Source: Mantamonas sphyraenae STR306
Taxonomy: Eukaryota; Protista; CRuMs
Direction of reading: 5' to 3'
NCBI GenBank assembly: GCA_026936335.1
Contig: JAPMXV010000053.1
Location: 62,001 to 126,000 of the forward strand
DNA length: 64,000 nucleotides
This document shows positions 1 through 13,800 of the stretch, piece by piece. The translations under genes were made by a program, and so were the position numbers. How positions within the stretch are numbered: the stretch's first letter is position 1; every line of letters begins with the position of its first letter. Below the pieces are notes generated by a model, which had not been told where the DNA came from, did not search any database, and was given only the letters and a program-made list of their open reading frames with translations.

Positions 1-851
1 GACGGCCTCCACGTCGGACGTGCCCGCAGGTGTGTCTCCAGCCGACGTCCTCCAAGGGGTGTCCCAGGGCGACAACTTTTACGACGTCTTCTTCAACGTC
101 ATGCCTACCTACGCCGAGACCCCAGCCGTAGGCCCCCCGGCACCTGAAGATGGTCAGCCGAACAACACAGAAGAGTCGGCCACGGCGTCGCCAAGCAAGG
201 TCAAGCCCAAGAAGGAGTTTCAGTTCTCCCTCAAGTCGTCTCCTTCTGACCGCTCCACCAAGCGTTCTTCGGGGGCCGCTTTTCACGCGGTTCCAAGGAC
301 AGCACCAAGTCAAGCACTACCAGCACAACCACCACGTCCACAGCCACCGTCGCTGCAGACGTCGACATGCCCGACCAGACCAGTGCCAAGACCTCTCTCG
401 ATGCCAGCCCGCAGCAGGAGCAGACAACCCCGCCCGGTCGCTTCGCCAAAAAGCCATCTCCCGGCAACCTCGCCAAGGACCCGAGCGCAACATTTTCCAG
501 CGGTGGATCCGGTGGACGCTTTCTCCAAGGGCTCGGGTGGACGCTTCTCCAAGGGTTCGGGCGGACGCTTCTCCAAGGGCTCGGGCGGGCGCTTCTCCAA
601 GAAGGATGACAAGGCAGACGAAACCACCTCCACCAACGGCCACTCTAACTCCACCTCTGTACAACTGCAAGGCCAGAGTGCATTGGGCACCACCACAGAC
701 CCACTTGCCAACAGCAACAACACAAAGGCAGAAAGCAGCACCAGCACCGGCAACACAAACACCGAACGAAAGCGCTCCACCTCAGCCCACTCCACCAACG
801 CAGAACCCTTTCTGGCAAAGGTGATGTACATCATGCAGGTGTCAACACAGT

Positions 852-853
<2 letters not shown>
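1..853 (+). CDS. 5'-partial low-complexity Ser/Thr-rich protein with repeated GRF[S/A][K/R] motifs
   Basis: Open reading from the window edge. Two compensating indels (G5 run near 271, extra T near 521) restore ...SSGGRFSRGSKDSTKSSTT...PGRFAKK...SGGSGGRFSKGS(GGRFSKGS)2GGRFSKK. The 3' end is uncertain (TAG at 851-853, or a donor at ~839). Confidence 0.55.
511..603 (+). repeat. 24-bp coding tandem repeat, ~4 copies (GGRFSKGS)
   Basis: ggtggacgcttctccaagggctcg-like units start at 511, 536, 560 and 584. The first unit carries one extra T. Confidence 0.9.
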
Positions 854-854
<1 letters not shown>

Positions 855-893
<39 letters not shown>

Positions 894-914
894 GTGTGTG
901 TGTGTGTGTGTGTG
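855..914. repeat. (GT)n microsatellite
   Basis: Directly visible, ~30 units with one interruption. Confidence 0.95.
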
Positions 915-988
915 CGTTGCAACAAACAAACAACCATCCTCATGGGTTGGCGGCATCAGTTCAACTTCATTTGGCACGCTGGAACGGA

Positions 989-3750
989 TCAAAGTTCGTC
1001 CTTGGCCTTCTCCTCGTCCGCCTGCACCTCCTCCACATTGTCGGCGTCGGCAGCAGGCGTGTCCTCAGTTTCCTCGGGCACGTCCTCCTCCTCGGGCACG
1101 GCGGCGTCGGCCTCCAGGTTCAGGCCGAGGTTGATGATCTTTGTGATGCGTGTGGCAAACTTGGCCGGATCCTCGACCTGGAAGCCCGAGGTCAGCAGAG
1201 CCGTCTCGTACATCAGCTGGGCCAGGTCACGCGTGTCCTCGCCCACAGAGCCGTCGTCCACGCGGGCCTTGAGCTCAACCAGAATCGGGTGCTTCGGGTT
1301 GATCTCCAGCGTCTTCTTGCCCATCAGGTACGACTGGTCCGACGAATCGCCCAGAGCCTGTGCCTTGACAATGCGCTCCATGTTGGCACTGTAGCCAAAC
1401 TGCGAGGTCACAATCACCGCAGGCGACTTGTGCAGGCGGTTGGTCACCTTGACTGCCTCCAGCGTGCCGTCCAGGTTGTCCTTCAGCCAGTCCGTGAGCG
1501 GCTTGTACTCCTCGCTCACCTCCTTTTCCTTTTCCTTCTCCTTCTCGTCGTCGTCCTCGGGCAGCTTCAGACCCTCCTTGGTGGCGTTCATCAGCTTCTT
1601 GCCCTGGTACTCCGTCAGGTGCTGCACGCAGTACTCATCAATCGGGTCAACAAAGTACAGCACTTCGTAGCCGCGCTTGATCAGGCGCTCCACAAACGGC
1701 GAAGTCTCCACCTTGCTCAGCGTCTCGCCCGCCACGTAGTAGATGTTCTCCTGCTTCTCCTTCATGCGCTCCACATACGAGTCCAGGCTGATCTGCTCGC
1801 CGTCGCTCTTGCTGCTGTACCAGCGCGTCAGCTTGGCAATGCGCGTGCGGTTCGGCGAATCCTCAATGATGCCAAACTTCAGGTTGGCGCCAAACTGCTT
1901 CAGGAAGTGCTTGTACGCCTCTTCATCCTTCGACAGGCGCTTCAGCATCTCCAGCGTCTTGCGCACCACCTTCTTCTTGATCACCTTGAGCATCTTGTTC
2001 TGCTGCAGCATCTCACGCGACACGTTCAGCGGCAGCGTGTCCGAGTCGACCACACCGCGCACAAACGTCATGTACTTGGGCAAAAAGTCGTCCAGGTCGT
2101 CCGTGATGTACACTCGCTTCACGTACAGCTTGATCTGCTTCACACGCTCGGTAGAGTAGCGGTTGCGCGTGTTGTCCTTGGGCACAAACAGCAGCGACTT
2201 GAACTCAATCTCGCCCTCCGCCTTGAAGTGGATGCGAGCCACAGGGTCCGACAGGTCCTTGGTCAGGCTCTTGTAGAACGCGTTGTACTCGTCGTCCGTG
2301 ATATCGTCCTTGGGACGAGTCCACAGCGGCTTGGTGGAGTTGATCAGCTCCCAGTCCCACTTGTCCACGTCCACCGTCTTGGTCTTGGGGATGTCCTCGT
2401 CCTCATCCTTGGCATCCTCCACCTTCATGTCGTCGTCGCCTTGCTCGCCCTCCTTCTTCTCCTCCTCCTCCTTCTTCTCTCCCTCCTTCTCCGCCTTGTC
2501 CTTGCGCTTCTTCTCGCGCTCGGCCTCCAGCTCCTCCTCCGTCAGCGGCACCTCTTCCTGCACCGTCTTCTTCGTCCACAGATAGATGGGGAACGAGATG
2601 AACTCGGAGTAGCGTGTGATCAGCGTGCGCAGCTCGCTCTCGTCCAGGTAGTCCAGCGAGTCCTCGCGCATGTGCAGGATCAACTCTGTGCCGCGGCCCA
2701 GTGTGTTGCCCTCGGGGTCCTTGATCACCTTGTACTCCGTGTTGCCTCCCTTGCGGTTGGCGCTCCAGATGTACTGGTCGTCCTCGTTGTTCTTGGACAC
2801 CACCACGATCTTGTCAGCCACCAGGAACGCCGAGTAGAAACCCACACCGAATTGGCCGATCAGGTCGCTGCTCGTAGCTCCGCCCTTCTGCGTCGCCTCC
2901 ATAAACTCCTTGGTGCCCGACTTGGCGATGCGACCCAGGTTGTTGATCAGGTCGTTCTTCGTCATGCCCACACCCTTGTCCCGGATGCTCAGCGTCTTGT
3001 TCTTGGTGTCGAAGCGAACTCGGATGTCCAAGTCGGCCTGCTCTCCCTCGCCAAGCACCTCCGGCTTGCTCACAGACATGAAGCGGATCTTGTCCAGAGC
3101 CTGTGTGTCCCACAACACGTGCATCCGAACCATTCCGTCGCGTGTGCCCCATTCGGTGTGTCAGTGCTCTCCATCGCAGCCGTGCGGAAGGTTTTCCGTT
3201 TGCCAAGGCGGAAACGACGAGGTTGATGACGTCAAAAAAAAATCATGCGCAGCCACCAGCCAGCGCACCAACGCGTCTGTGGACTTCTTCACGTACATCC
3301 GAGGCGTTCGAGATCAACTCGCGCAAGAACACGTCGCGGTTCGAGTACAGCGAGTCGATGATGATGTCCATCAGCTTGTGGACCTCGGCCTTGAACTGGA
3401 ACGATTCGCCGCCCGAGGTTTCCACGTTGCGGTTGAGCGACTCTCGCTCCAGCGTCTGCGTGTCTGTGCCCGACCCTGCCTTGAGGTCTCCCTGAAAGCC
3501 CTCGGCCGTGGCTTCTTCTTCAGCATGCACATACGTGATCTGACTGACGATAAACACTGCGCCGAAGCGTCAACCGTGTCAGTTGGCCCAAACCCAGACC
3601 CACATGCGTCCTCCTCCCACTTTCCGCCCAACCTAGCAAACACCGCCCGGCAACCTCCTGCCTGTGTCCTCACCCAACCTTCCACCCCCATCCAAACCTA
3701 CAAGGCACAATCGCCGCCACCAGGAAGTAAACAGCAAGATGCGAACGCAT
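989..3750 (-). CDS. HSP90B1: Endoplasmin / GRP94 (ER HSP90), 3 exons
   Basis: Signal peptide [16 protein letters not shown]|LFIVSQ, then [11 protein letters not shown]|[17 protein letters not shown] and C-terminal KDEL. GT-AG introns at ~3702-3557 and 3296-3101. Confidence 0.97.
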
Positions 3751-3865
3751 TTCTTCGATCGATTTTTCGTTGACTCGGCGGCGGTCGCCCCCTCGCCCCC
3801 TCTCCTCGATTTTCCCACACGCCATCCACACACGTTTCACTCGTCCACAAGGCTCCTCCCAGCGC

Positions 3866-6800
3866 TCAATAGTGAATGCCATTCTGCAGGGCCTGGAATC
3901 GGTCGTACACCAGCGTGGAGTACGTCTCAAACGAGGCCTCCATGTTCTTGATCATGGCCACGCTGGCCTCGCGTGTGCTCATTTGATGCCCAAACCTCTC
4001 CCGCAGACGGTCCAACGTGCCGGGTTTAAAGCACTCAAAGTTGGACTCCAGCATGAGCGTGACCAGACTGACCACACTCTCCATGTGCGGCCTGATCGCA
4101 AGGAACGACCGGCACAGCTGCTCCACAAAGTACTGGAACGGCTCGGCGTCAACCGTCCCTCCCAGGATGTCAATCATCTCTCGGGACAGCTTGAACGGCG
4201 AACGCTCAAACTTAATGTCTCCGCCTGGCGAAATGTCAAAGATGAACCCAAAGTCAATGTGCACAATATGGCCCTCGTCCGTGACCAGGATGTTGCCGTT
4301 GTGCCTGTCCTTGATCTGGAGGATGTAGGACACCACAGAGTACGCCGCCATCGACTGGATAAAGTTCATGCGAGCCTGCTGGTACTCCAGGCTGTCCTTG
4401 TGGCCGTAGTGTTGCAAAAAGTACGTGTGCAGGTCTGCATCCACGCTCTTGCCCACCTCGTCGCGCGATCGCGAGTCCTTCACGCACTCAATGATGCCGC
4501 AGTTTGGCATGGTTGCAACAACTCGGTACGGGTACAGGTACACCTTCAGGCCCACCAGCTCGTAGATTCGCTTGAACAGCGAGATGATCTGCAGGGCCAG
4601 CACGTCCTGTCGCACGTCGTCATCCACCTTGAAGATGCACGCTTGCTTCGACGTCACCCTTTCTCTATCTGTCGTTTCTTCGTGCAGCACAAGCTCTGAT
4701 TCCGCCTCTGCTGCTGCCTCCTCTGCCGTCGCCGCCGCACCCAAGCTCTCGGCGCCCTCTTCTTGCCCCGCTACCTCCTCCTTCTCCTCGTCGTCGCCCT
4801 CACCTTCCACAGCAATCTCTTCCACCTCCAGCTCCTCTGCGTTGGCATCCAGGTCCAACCCTTCTTCCACGTCCAGATCCAGCGCCCCATTTGTACCGCT
4901 GAGCTTCGTGATGTCTCGCTGCTCCACAGAGAACGCCACCAAGATAGGCACGCGCGCGTGGCTCTGCATCGGCCGTCCGCTGTCGGTATAAATGGACTCC
5001 ACCACACTCTCCGGATTCGACGGCAGGTACACAAGCTCGTCTGGCATCTCAATCTTCTTCAGTTCCTCTGCGATCTTGGCCTTGCGCTTCGACTTGGCCA
5101 GCGGCTTCAACATGCCCGACACGGCGTTGATCTGTGCGAAAAAGTCAAACTCGGCACGGTACCTTTGCATCTCCTCTGGCGTGAACTGCGCCTGGATTTC
5201 CTGTTGCAGCTGGTCAAGCAGGTCCTGCGGCAGTGTCGAGTCCACAGGCCGCGTGTTGTCCTTCTCCGTCTCCAGATTCCAGATGAGCTGGTGTGCGCTG
5301 AGCTCGGAGCGACGCGACACCTCCAGCAGCAGTTCGCGCACATAGCCCGTCTCATCGAACCACAGCGCTTGCACGAGCTGCGGTACGAAAAAGATGATCA
5401 CGTCGTCGCTGCACGAGCGCAGGATACGCACGGCGTACTGCACCACAAATGGGTGTGCGCGGAAGGCCTTGGACAGGTAGCGCAGCGCCATGGCAGGCGA
5501 CGTCGGAGCCCAGTACAGCAAGTGCTTCAGTTCGGGCACGTCGTCGCGCACATTCTGCTCTGTGACCAGATACGGCACCGCCTGGCCGATGTGTGTCACC
5601 GACGCAGCATTGCTCAGCACCAGCTTCTCCAGCATGGGGCGCAGCAGCTTGGACACCATCGGGAACCGTTCCAGAAACTGCACCGCCAGCAGCGGCGACA
5701 CCGTCCAGCACAGGCGCATGTACACCTCCCACGAGTTGTCGTCCAACGCCGTTGTGTTGGACCATCGGTTCTCCCCGTGGATGCGCAGCTGCGGCGAGTC
5801 GCGCGGGTTGTTCCACACCGTGATCCGTTCGATTTCGTTGCCCACCAGAATGACGATCAGCTTGGCACGCAGCACCATGTTTTGCACGGCTTCACGCGAC
5901 GCTTGGCCCATAGAGAACGACACCAGGCTACCCGTGTCTGATCCGTACCCGCCGCCTCCCGAGCCGCTTCCGCTTCCGCTTCCGCCTCCCGTGCTGCTGC
6001 CTCCGTATGCGCTGCCGCCCGAGCTGCCCTTGCCCTTGCCACCCAGGCCCAGAAACACGCGGTTGTCGTTTGTGTACTGACGCGAGCTCTCGCCGCTGTA
6101 CGTGGAGTCCAAGTCGTCGCCGTCGTTTGCGTTGCGCGACGTCTCCACAAACCCGTTTGCCAGGAACTTTTCTTCGCGTGCCATCAACGAACAAAACGCA
6201 GCAACGTGCGCACGTCCTCGTCCACCTGTTCACGCGTCACGTCGTTGGTGTAGCTGGGCTTGCTGTAGAAGTAGGACAGTGCGCTATCGTAGATCTGGCG
6301 GCGGAACAGCGACGCTGCCCACGCGTCATCCGCAGGTGCGTTCTGCGCAATCAACAGCGCAAAGCGCAGCAGCAAGAAGCGGGTGCCCACTGAGGTCGGG
6401 TGGCTGTTCAGCTGCTCCGGATTGGACAGCGCCTGTTGCACGATTTGCTTAAACACAGCCAGATGGTCGTCACTGCGGCTGCGCACAACCTCGTAGCGCT
6501 GCTGCAGAAACTTGATCCACACGCGATGCACACTTGTGTCTCGAAGGTCTGCGTCAGCGTCTTCGGTCGCATGCACGCTCGTTTGCGGGCTGGTGGACCA
6601 GAACTTCTGGTCCGTGTTGCTCTCTGTTGGGTAGAACAGACCCAGCTTCTGCTCGATGCTCCACGTCCATGCGTCGCCAATGCTGGTCAGCAATTCCATG
6701 TCCAGTTCCGAACGCGCGGCAAGGATCCAGTTCCATGCAAACGCGCCCAGACGCAACGACCACGCGCGGAAAATGAACACCGGACACCACACCACCAGGT

Positions 6801-9800
6801 ACAGCAGTTCGCTGTCCACTTTATCCTGTGAGATCAGCAACGCCACAGCGCGGTTCAGGTCGCTTGCAAACGCCTCCACCTCGATTGCATCTGGCTGTGT
6901 TTTGGCAAGTGCCATCCAATTGCGGAGCGCCCTCAGCAGATGCTTCTGCATGTTGCCAAGCACCTTGGTCGTTCCACTTGCGTCCACGCTATGATCCAAC
7001 AGCTCGTCGGCCAGATGCAGACCTTGGATTTCGCCTCCGTGGCGCGCCTTGATGTCCAGCGCACCCACAAAGTTGGCAGGCTCCGACCACTGGGCCATGG
7101 CAGCCGAGCTGCCCACCTCTGTGCTGCTGCTGCTGCTGAAGCTGCTCTCGACGTTCATGCTGCGCGACGGACGCAGCCCGGTGCCCATCTGCACAGCCAT
7201 GGAGAAGCCAGCGTGCCTGTACACAACACTGCTCACCGAGCGAAATTCGTGCACGTACTGGTGCAGCAGGGTGCGTGCCTCGTCTGGCGCAAGCTCCACC
7301 GCCGTTTCCAGCCATACGCTGCACAGGCGTGTCATGTGCTGCAACAGCTGCACGCGGTTGTCGTAGCTTTCCGGCAGCTCCAGCGGTTGCGCAAAGTCCT
7401 GCAGCTTCACCTCGGCGCTGAACACCGAGCCGCGCACGCAACTCTCGCCAATCACCTCGAGCAGGTTGAGCAAGAAGCGCAGGCAGCGTGGCGAGTACAG
7501 CACTTCGTCAAACTTGGACGTGAGGCGGATGATGAGGTGGTCGGCAACCTCTCGCACACGCAGGATGCGCGAAGAAAAGTTGAACAGCAGAGACATACAA
7601 TGGCGTTCCAGCTTGATGGAGCGTTCCGCGGAGGCCTCTTGCGAGCGGATGTAGTGGATGAAGCGGTCAAACACGTGGTCGGCTACCATGCGGATGCACA
7701 CGGCAATCTTGCTTGTCATGATGTCCTCGTTCTGGATGTAGCTGAAAATGGCATTGAGAGTGCCGCTGCTGGCACGCATCGTCTCCAAGTGGTACACCGA
7801 GAGCACATAGACGCACTCGGTGAAGGAAAAGTTGGCGATGCTTGTGGCCTGCTTGGGAAACAGTTGCACGAGCGAATCGCGCAGATCCTGCACGTCCTTG
7901 TCGCTGAAGCCCACGCTCATGAAGCTGTTCAGCTGAATGGACGTGCTCATGTAGTTGTGGTGGTGTTGGTTGGAAATGAGCACGGGCGAGCCTGCTGCAA
8001 TGATGCGCAGGCTCGCGCGCCATTCGTCCAGCCAGTTGCTCAGCCCAAACAGGACGCAGTAGAACCAAATCTTGGTGAATTTGATGACCGCCTCGGGCGA
8101 CGGGTCGACCACGTTGTGCGCCTGCTGTTCGTTCACCAAGCGCGCCAGAGGTTGCATGAGAAAGCCCAGGTGACCTGCCATGGACGAAACATTGGTAACA
8201 GCCTGCTGGTAGCCTCGACGGCGGGACGAGGCGTTGGATGATGCCGCGTTGTCCGCGACCGCCTTGTTCTGGATGAGGACGCCCAGATCGATAAAGAGGT
8301 CGATGAGTTCATCGTGCAGCTTGGCGCGCAGCTCGGGAGTACGCAGTTCGGTAGCAAGGCGTGTGAATGCGGCCGGGATGACCGCAAGCGCGGTGGAGTT
8401 GTTTGCGTTGAACGGGTTCTTGGCCACCGACACAAGGGTGCTGAGGATGTCGGAGAAGTAGCGAGGCTGTTCGAGAAGCGCAATTTCGGTGAGTTCATGC
8501 ACGAGGACGGTGTCGAGGGGCAAGGGCGGGTGTGTCAGGCGCGGCAGGAGCATGGGCACCACTTGCGCGGAGATGTCAGGCGAGTCGAGGGCGGCTGTGA
8601 TTTGTCCCAGCAGGTGGGCCATCATCTTGGCCTGCTGCATGTCCTTGCTGTTCTTGTTGGTGTTGTGCACGCTGAGGTACTTGGAGTAGCTTGTGAGCTG
8701 GCTCTTGGCAAACCAGATATCGCCGTCGTTGGCCTGGGCCTTGATGATGGAGCAGACGCACTCGGTCATGACTTCTGGATCTGCGTTGTAGGTGCTCAGG
8801 ATGGAAATGACCAGGTGGTCGACCACCTGCTTGGCCTTGGCCGGCGCCTCGAGCGCAAGTGTGGTTGCGCAGCGTGCAATTGTGTTGAGGATGACAATGG
8901 CCAGATCCTTTTGCTCAATCACCATCTCTGTGGAGTGCACCATCTGCGAGGAAGAAAGCGTTGCGACCTTGGCAAGGCTCCCTGCGCTGCCAACCGAGCT
9001 GGGTTGGCCGACAGACCCGAACGAAGACACCGAGTTGTGCAGGAGCTTGGTGCCGGCCACACGCATGTGGTCCGGGTGCAGTGTGGCCTTGCGGCCCTTG
9101 GAGGGCGTGTTCTCCCTGCTGTCGTCGCGTGCGCGGAGACCAAACTCGACCTCCATATCCAGGTCGCTGGCCATGAGGGCACAAAAGTAGTCCACTGTGT
9201 TGTCAAAGGCCGGTTCGTAGCAGAGTGCACAGCGCACGAGGACGTGCATGGCCACGCATGCGAGCTGGGCGACGATTTGGCGCTGCGCCGCGACAACCGG
9301 TGCTTCCTTGAGGTCTGTGAGTTGCACACGTACGTCGCCGTACAAGTTGGCCCATAGGTCGTCACTGAGGTCGTTGTGTGAGAGTTTGTAGAGGGCTCGC
9401 GTGTGCAGGAACTGCAGGTACACAGGTGGATGCTTGAACGGACGCAGCAGGCGCGCAAGGGCGTGTTCCTTGTCCAGTGTGCTACCGCTTCCACTGCTGT
9501 TGTCATCTGCGTCGCCGTTGCCATCGTCGTCGTCCTCATCCTCGTTGTCATCGCCCTCGGCTTCGCTGGGAGGAGGCGGAGGAACGTCGTCCGCCTCGTC
9601 GGTTGAGGTCTCGGCGTTTTCGTTGTCCTGCTCTGCTTCTGACATGTCCACGTCCAGGTTGAGCACCTCTGTGATGGATGCATAGAGGCGATAGAGCTCG
9701 TGAGCCTGATCACCGTCCACGAGCAGCTTCTCGTCGCCGAGGGCGTGCAAGAGGCCCGTGAGCTCGGGCAGCAGGAGCAAATCGTCGCCGTCCGAGGCAG

Positions 9801-10615
9801 AGGCGTCTGTGTACGGCAAAAGCATAGTGAGTGGCATTGTACGTTTGTGTGTCACAAGCCAACAGCAATTGGCAAGGCGGCACAAGGGCGGGGCGCGCGG
9901 TAGGCGGCGGTGAAAATGAGTGCCTGGCTGGAATGTGAATTCGCATCGGTTGCCTTTAGTAGGCGTGGATGCCAAACATGGACACGGACCAAGGGTGAAA
10001 CGGGAAGGCTGGCGTGTGGGCTCACGCAAAGGCAACACGTACCAGTGGCGTTGACGACGGCATCGATGCTGTCGATCATGACCTGCAGGGAAGAGAGGAT
10101 GGAGCTGGAGACGAGGACAGAGACGTCGACCTCCGGCGCGTCCTCGGCGTCGTCCTGGGGGACAACGACGCCAGACAGCCTGCGTCCAACCTTGATCATG
10201 TGGGTGGTAAAGGCTCGGTTGAAGTGCTCGGCTGGAGAAAGGGCAGCGGGACCAACGGGCGACAGGCAACGAGAGGGTCAGCGGGGCTTCCGAGATCACA
10301 CAGGCGTGGCGTGGGAAAAAGGCAAACAAAGTCGGCTGCAAACACACCTGCCGAGGCGGATGCGTGCTTCTTGGAGGGCAATGCACGCATGTGGTCAACG
10401 AGGAAGGGCAGCAGCTTGTCGTAGTACTGTCCTGTGATGGCCACAAACTCGGAGAGAGCGAGCAGAGCGTTGTCACTCCGTGGGTCGATCCTCCCGTTGT
10501 CCTCGAGCTTCGTGCTCATGCGCAACAGCCTGCGCACCTGTGGCCACGGCGCATTGTCCAACTTTCCCAACGTGTTGACCAGCTGCGCCAACGTGGCAGC
10601 TTGGTTGCGAGACAT
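3866..10615 (-). CDS. PI4KA: Phosphatidylinositol 4-kinase III alpha (STT4-like); 2 introns and one apparent 1-nt deletion near 6195
   Basis: Kinase motifs IFKVDDDVRQD, LQIKDRHNGN and HIDFGF; PIK helical domain; C-terminal QNGIHY. Adding one T to the T4 run joins RTLLRF-CS-LMAREEK. Introns at ~10348-10233 and ~10042-9808. Confidence 0.93.
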
Positions 10616-10670
10616 GGGTGGGTTTGGGAAGGAAAAAGCTTTGTTTCAGTGGAGCTGCACACACCTCTTT

Positions 10671-12052
10671 TCAAATCTTTTGGACAATCTGGCAGATGTC
10701 CTCGTCATGCAGAACGTGTGTAAGACCCACACGCTGGGGAGAAAACTTGACCGAGGTGCCCCACACGAGGGCGTAGCGGAAGTTCTTGTGGAGGGTCTTG
10801 TGAATCTTGAGGGTGAGGTCCTTCACGGTGCTTGCATGGCCACGCAGGACAATGGGAGCGTCGTAGTCCGGAATTTGACCCTTGGGCTTGGTGTACACAC
10901 GCACCATGTCCAGATACTCCCACATGCGCTCCAGCAGCTCATCGAGGTTCCATTCGAGCTGAGCCGAGATGGGCACGCAATGAGGCACACGGTCCATGAG
11001 ATTGAGCTCCTCAATGCTCACCTGGTCGATCTTGTTGAGCACCAGGAGGGACTTGATGTATGCGCGGTTGCCCTCGATGACGTCGATGAGCTCGTCGACG
11101 TCTGCGTCCTGGTGGAAGGTGATGTCGGCACTGCCGATCTTGTACTCCTTGAGCACAGAGCGCACAACATCCTCATTGATTCGTGTGAGGTCGCACGTGG
11201 ATGTCATGTTGATGCCGCCCTTGGCCTTGCTGTTGAAGCTGATCCGCGGCGGCTCCTTGTTCAGGCGGATGCCGAATCCCTCGAGCTCGCGCTCGATCAG
11301 GTGCTTGTGTCCAAGCGGCTTCAAGCAATCCAGAGTCAGCAGAATAACCGTGCACGTCTTGGCGACGGCAATCACCTGCTTGCCGCGACCCTTGCCATCC
11401 TTGGCACCTTCAATAATACCGGGCAGATCCAACAGCTGGATCTTGGATCCTGTGAGTGCACGTGCACAGCAATCATGTGGCGTCGACGTGTGTGCGGTGG
11501 TGTCAGCGGATGACTATGGAACGAGCCAGACGGGCGGCTTTGCCGTGCATGCCTCGCAATTCGCAGAAAGATGCCGTGCCTCACGCCCGCAACACTCAAG
11601 GGCATGGCTGGGGGAAGTGGCTGCGAGTCACACACGGCCTACACGTACCCTGGTACTCGATGACACCGGGGATGCATGTGAGAGTGGTAAACTCGTAGCT
11701 GGCCACCTCACTAAAGGTGCCTGTGAGTTTGCAAAGGAGGGTCGACTTTCCGACCGACGGGAAGCCGACCAGCCCTACGCGTGCGTCGCCAGAAGCCTTG
11801 ACAGCGAAGCCTTCGCCTGCTCCCTTGGACGATTTGGACCCATCGCTTAGCTGTTCACGCTTGAGCTTGGCAATCTTGGCCTTGAGAATGCCCAGATGGC
11901 TGTTGGTGGCCTTGTTCTTCTGGGTGCGGGCCATCTCCGCCTCAATCTCGCGAATCTTCTCTTCGTAGGACTGTGTGCAGGGGACACGTGAGCAAATACG
12001 CACGGGTGGAGAACATCCATGGGTTTGAAGAAAAGCAAGGTGCACGTACCAT
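10671..12052 (-). CDS. DRG1: Developmentally regulated GTP-binding protein (DRG family)
   Basis: M|[47 protein letters not shown] and a TGS domain. Introns at 12049-11971 and ~11648-11450. Confidence 0.93.
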
Positions 12053-12112
12053 GGTCGCGGGAGCTGTAGCTGTCGAGGTTGGCTGCGACGGCGCAAACAA
12101 CACGCCACCGGC

Positions 12113-13716
12113 ATGCAGGGAAGGGCTGGGCACGCTGCAGTGCTGGCTTCTGTGTGTTTGCTTCTTTTTGCGGTGGCTGGAATACAGGGAGACAAGGGAG
12201 ATGAGACACAGAGGCTAAAGGACGAACTGGCAGAGATGAAGGCGCAGCAACAGGCGTTGCAGGCGCAGTTGGCAGCGATGATGGAGATGATGAAGCAGCA
12301 GCAGACGCAGGGAACACCAACTGAGGTTGCCCAAGCCAACAGCGGCCAGGAGCAGGTTGCAGAGGAGATGGACATCGAAGCAGAAGCTGCCAAGAGCGAA
12401 GCCGAGATCGCAGCCGCGGGTTTGCAGGACCCGTACACTCTGAGTACAGAGCAGATCCTGCATTTCACCACACGAGGGTACGTGCGTCTCGATGGCTTAC
12501 TGCCACAGGTGGAACAGTACACCCAGGCGTTTGTGGACGCAAAGAAAGCCGCGGAGCTCAACTGGGTGCGTTTTGCCATGGAAAGCACGCCGTGTGACGA
12601 CGCGATGATCGACCAACTTCCGGAACACACGATCAACGACAGTCATAGCACACAAGAGCTGGATGAGATGATTACACAAGCCTACGGGCTGTACTCGGTG
12701 AGTGGCCACGGTGGTGAGGAAAGTGCCAGAAGGACGACGGTTCCACCTGCTCACACACACACACGCACATGAAATATGCGGTGCAACAGCGGTGCCTGGA
12801 GATGATTCAGGGGGGGCATGTGCCGTACTATCAGGTGATCCACCTGCACAGGGAGAACGCTGTCGTCGAGGCCTTTGCCAAGTCCAAGCGGCTGGCGAAG
12901 CTGGCTGCAGACCTGCTGCAGGTGAATGCCGTTCGACTCTACCAAACAACAGCATTCTTTATTGCGCCACCGTCCAAGATGGCGGCGGGCAACCAAGTGC
13001 TGTCCAACACGCAGCAGAACAGGCTGTCGGAAGCGGTGCACAGCAAGCATAGAGACGAGATTGGCGTGTCGCAGCACACCAGCGAACACGAAGACTTGAA
13101 CATGGCGCCTGTGGACATGCCGGACTACGTGACAATCTGGTGTCCGCTGCATGCGCTGGACAAGGAACGTTCCACACTGTGGTTCCAAGCCCGTTCTCAC
13201 AACGATTTTGCTGGGCTGTACTGGAACGACGAGTCCCATGCGCGCAACTCCTTTCTCAACCGCACTGGCCAGTACAACGGCAAGTGGTCCGAAGCGGAGC
13301 GAGTGCTGGGCGAGCAGATGTACACATTTACAGGTTTCTCTGCGGGAGACTGCACGGCTCACCACGGATGGGTGCGCCACGCTGCTCCGCGCAACAGCGA
13401 CCCAAAGGGCAGAGTGCGCAGGGCCGTGTCGTTCCACTACATCAGCGCCGAAGCACGCAAGCTGTGGTCCACACGCGTGCGCGGCGGCGAGGAACACCAG
13501 GAGGAGGACAAACTGTCCTACCAGGGATGGTACCACGACATCAAAGACAACGGCTTGTTGGACCATCCACTGCTTCCCCTGGTATACGTGAGGCAGCACG
13601 ACGACACGGCCATGGACATTCGCGATCCCCACGCCTCCGTCGTCCCTCTGTCTGAATGGGCGGACACAGACAAACTACGACAAGAGTTTGAGGCCAACAG
13701 TGCCACTCGCCAATGA
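12113..13716 (+). CDS. Signal-peptide-bearing PhyH-family Fe(II)/2-oxoglutarate dioxygenase with N-terminal coiled coil; 1 intron
   Basis: Hydrophobic N-terminus; [21 protein letters not shown] (PhyH start); HED facial motif; VTIWCPL; [12 protein letters not shown]; RRAVSFHY. Intron ~12699-12789 (GTGAGT...CAG). Confidence 0.8.
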
Positions 13717-13800
13717 TTTCCCGTGTGCGATGGCACGCAGACCTCGGGCTGCGCAGTACACGCGCGACCTGCACCCGCCCAGCCACCCACCCCAAACAAA

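Noticed and set aside
800-990. PFLAKVMYIM resembles the start of an HSF DNA-binding domain
   Set aside because: There is no room for the rest of the domain before the convergent GRP94 stop and no convincing next exon. It would require a misassembly at the (GT)n tract, which cannot be tested here.
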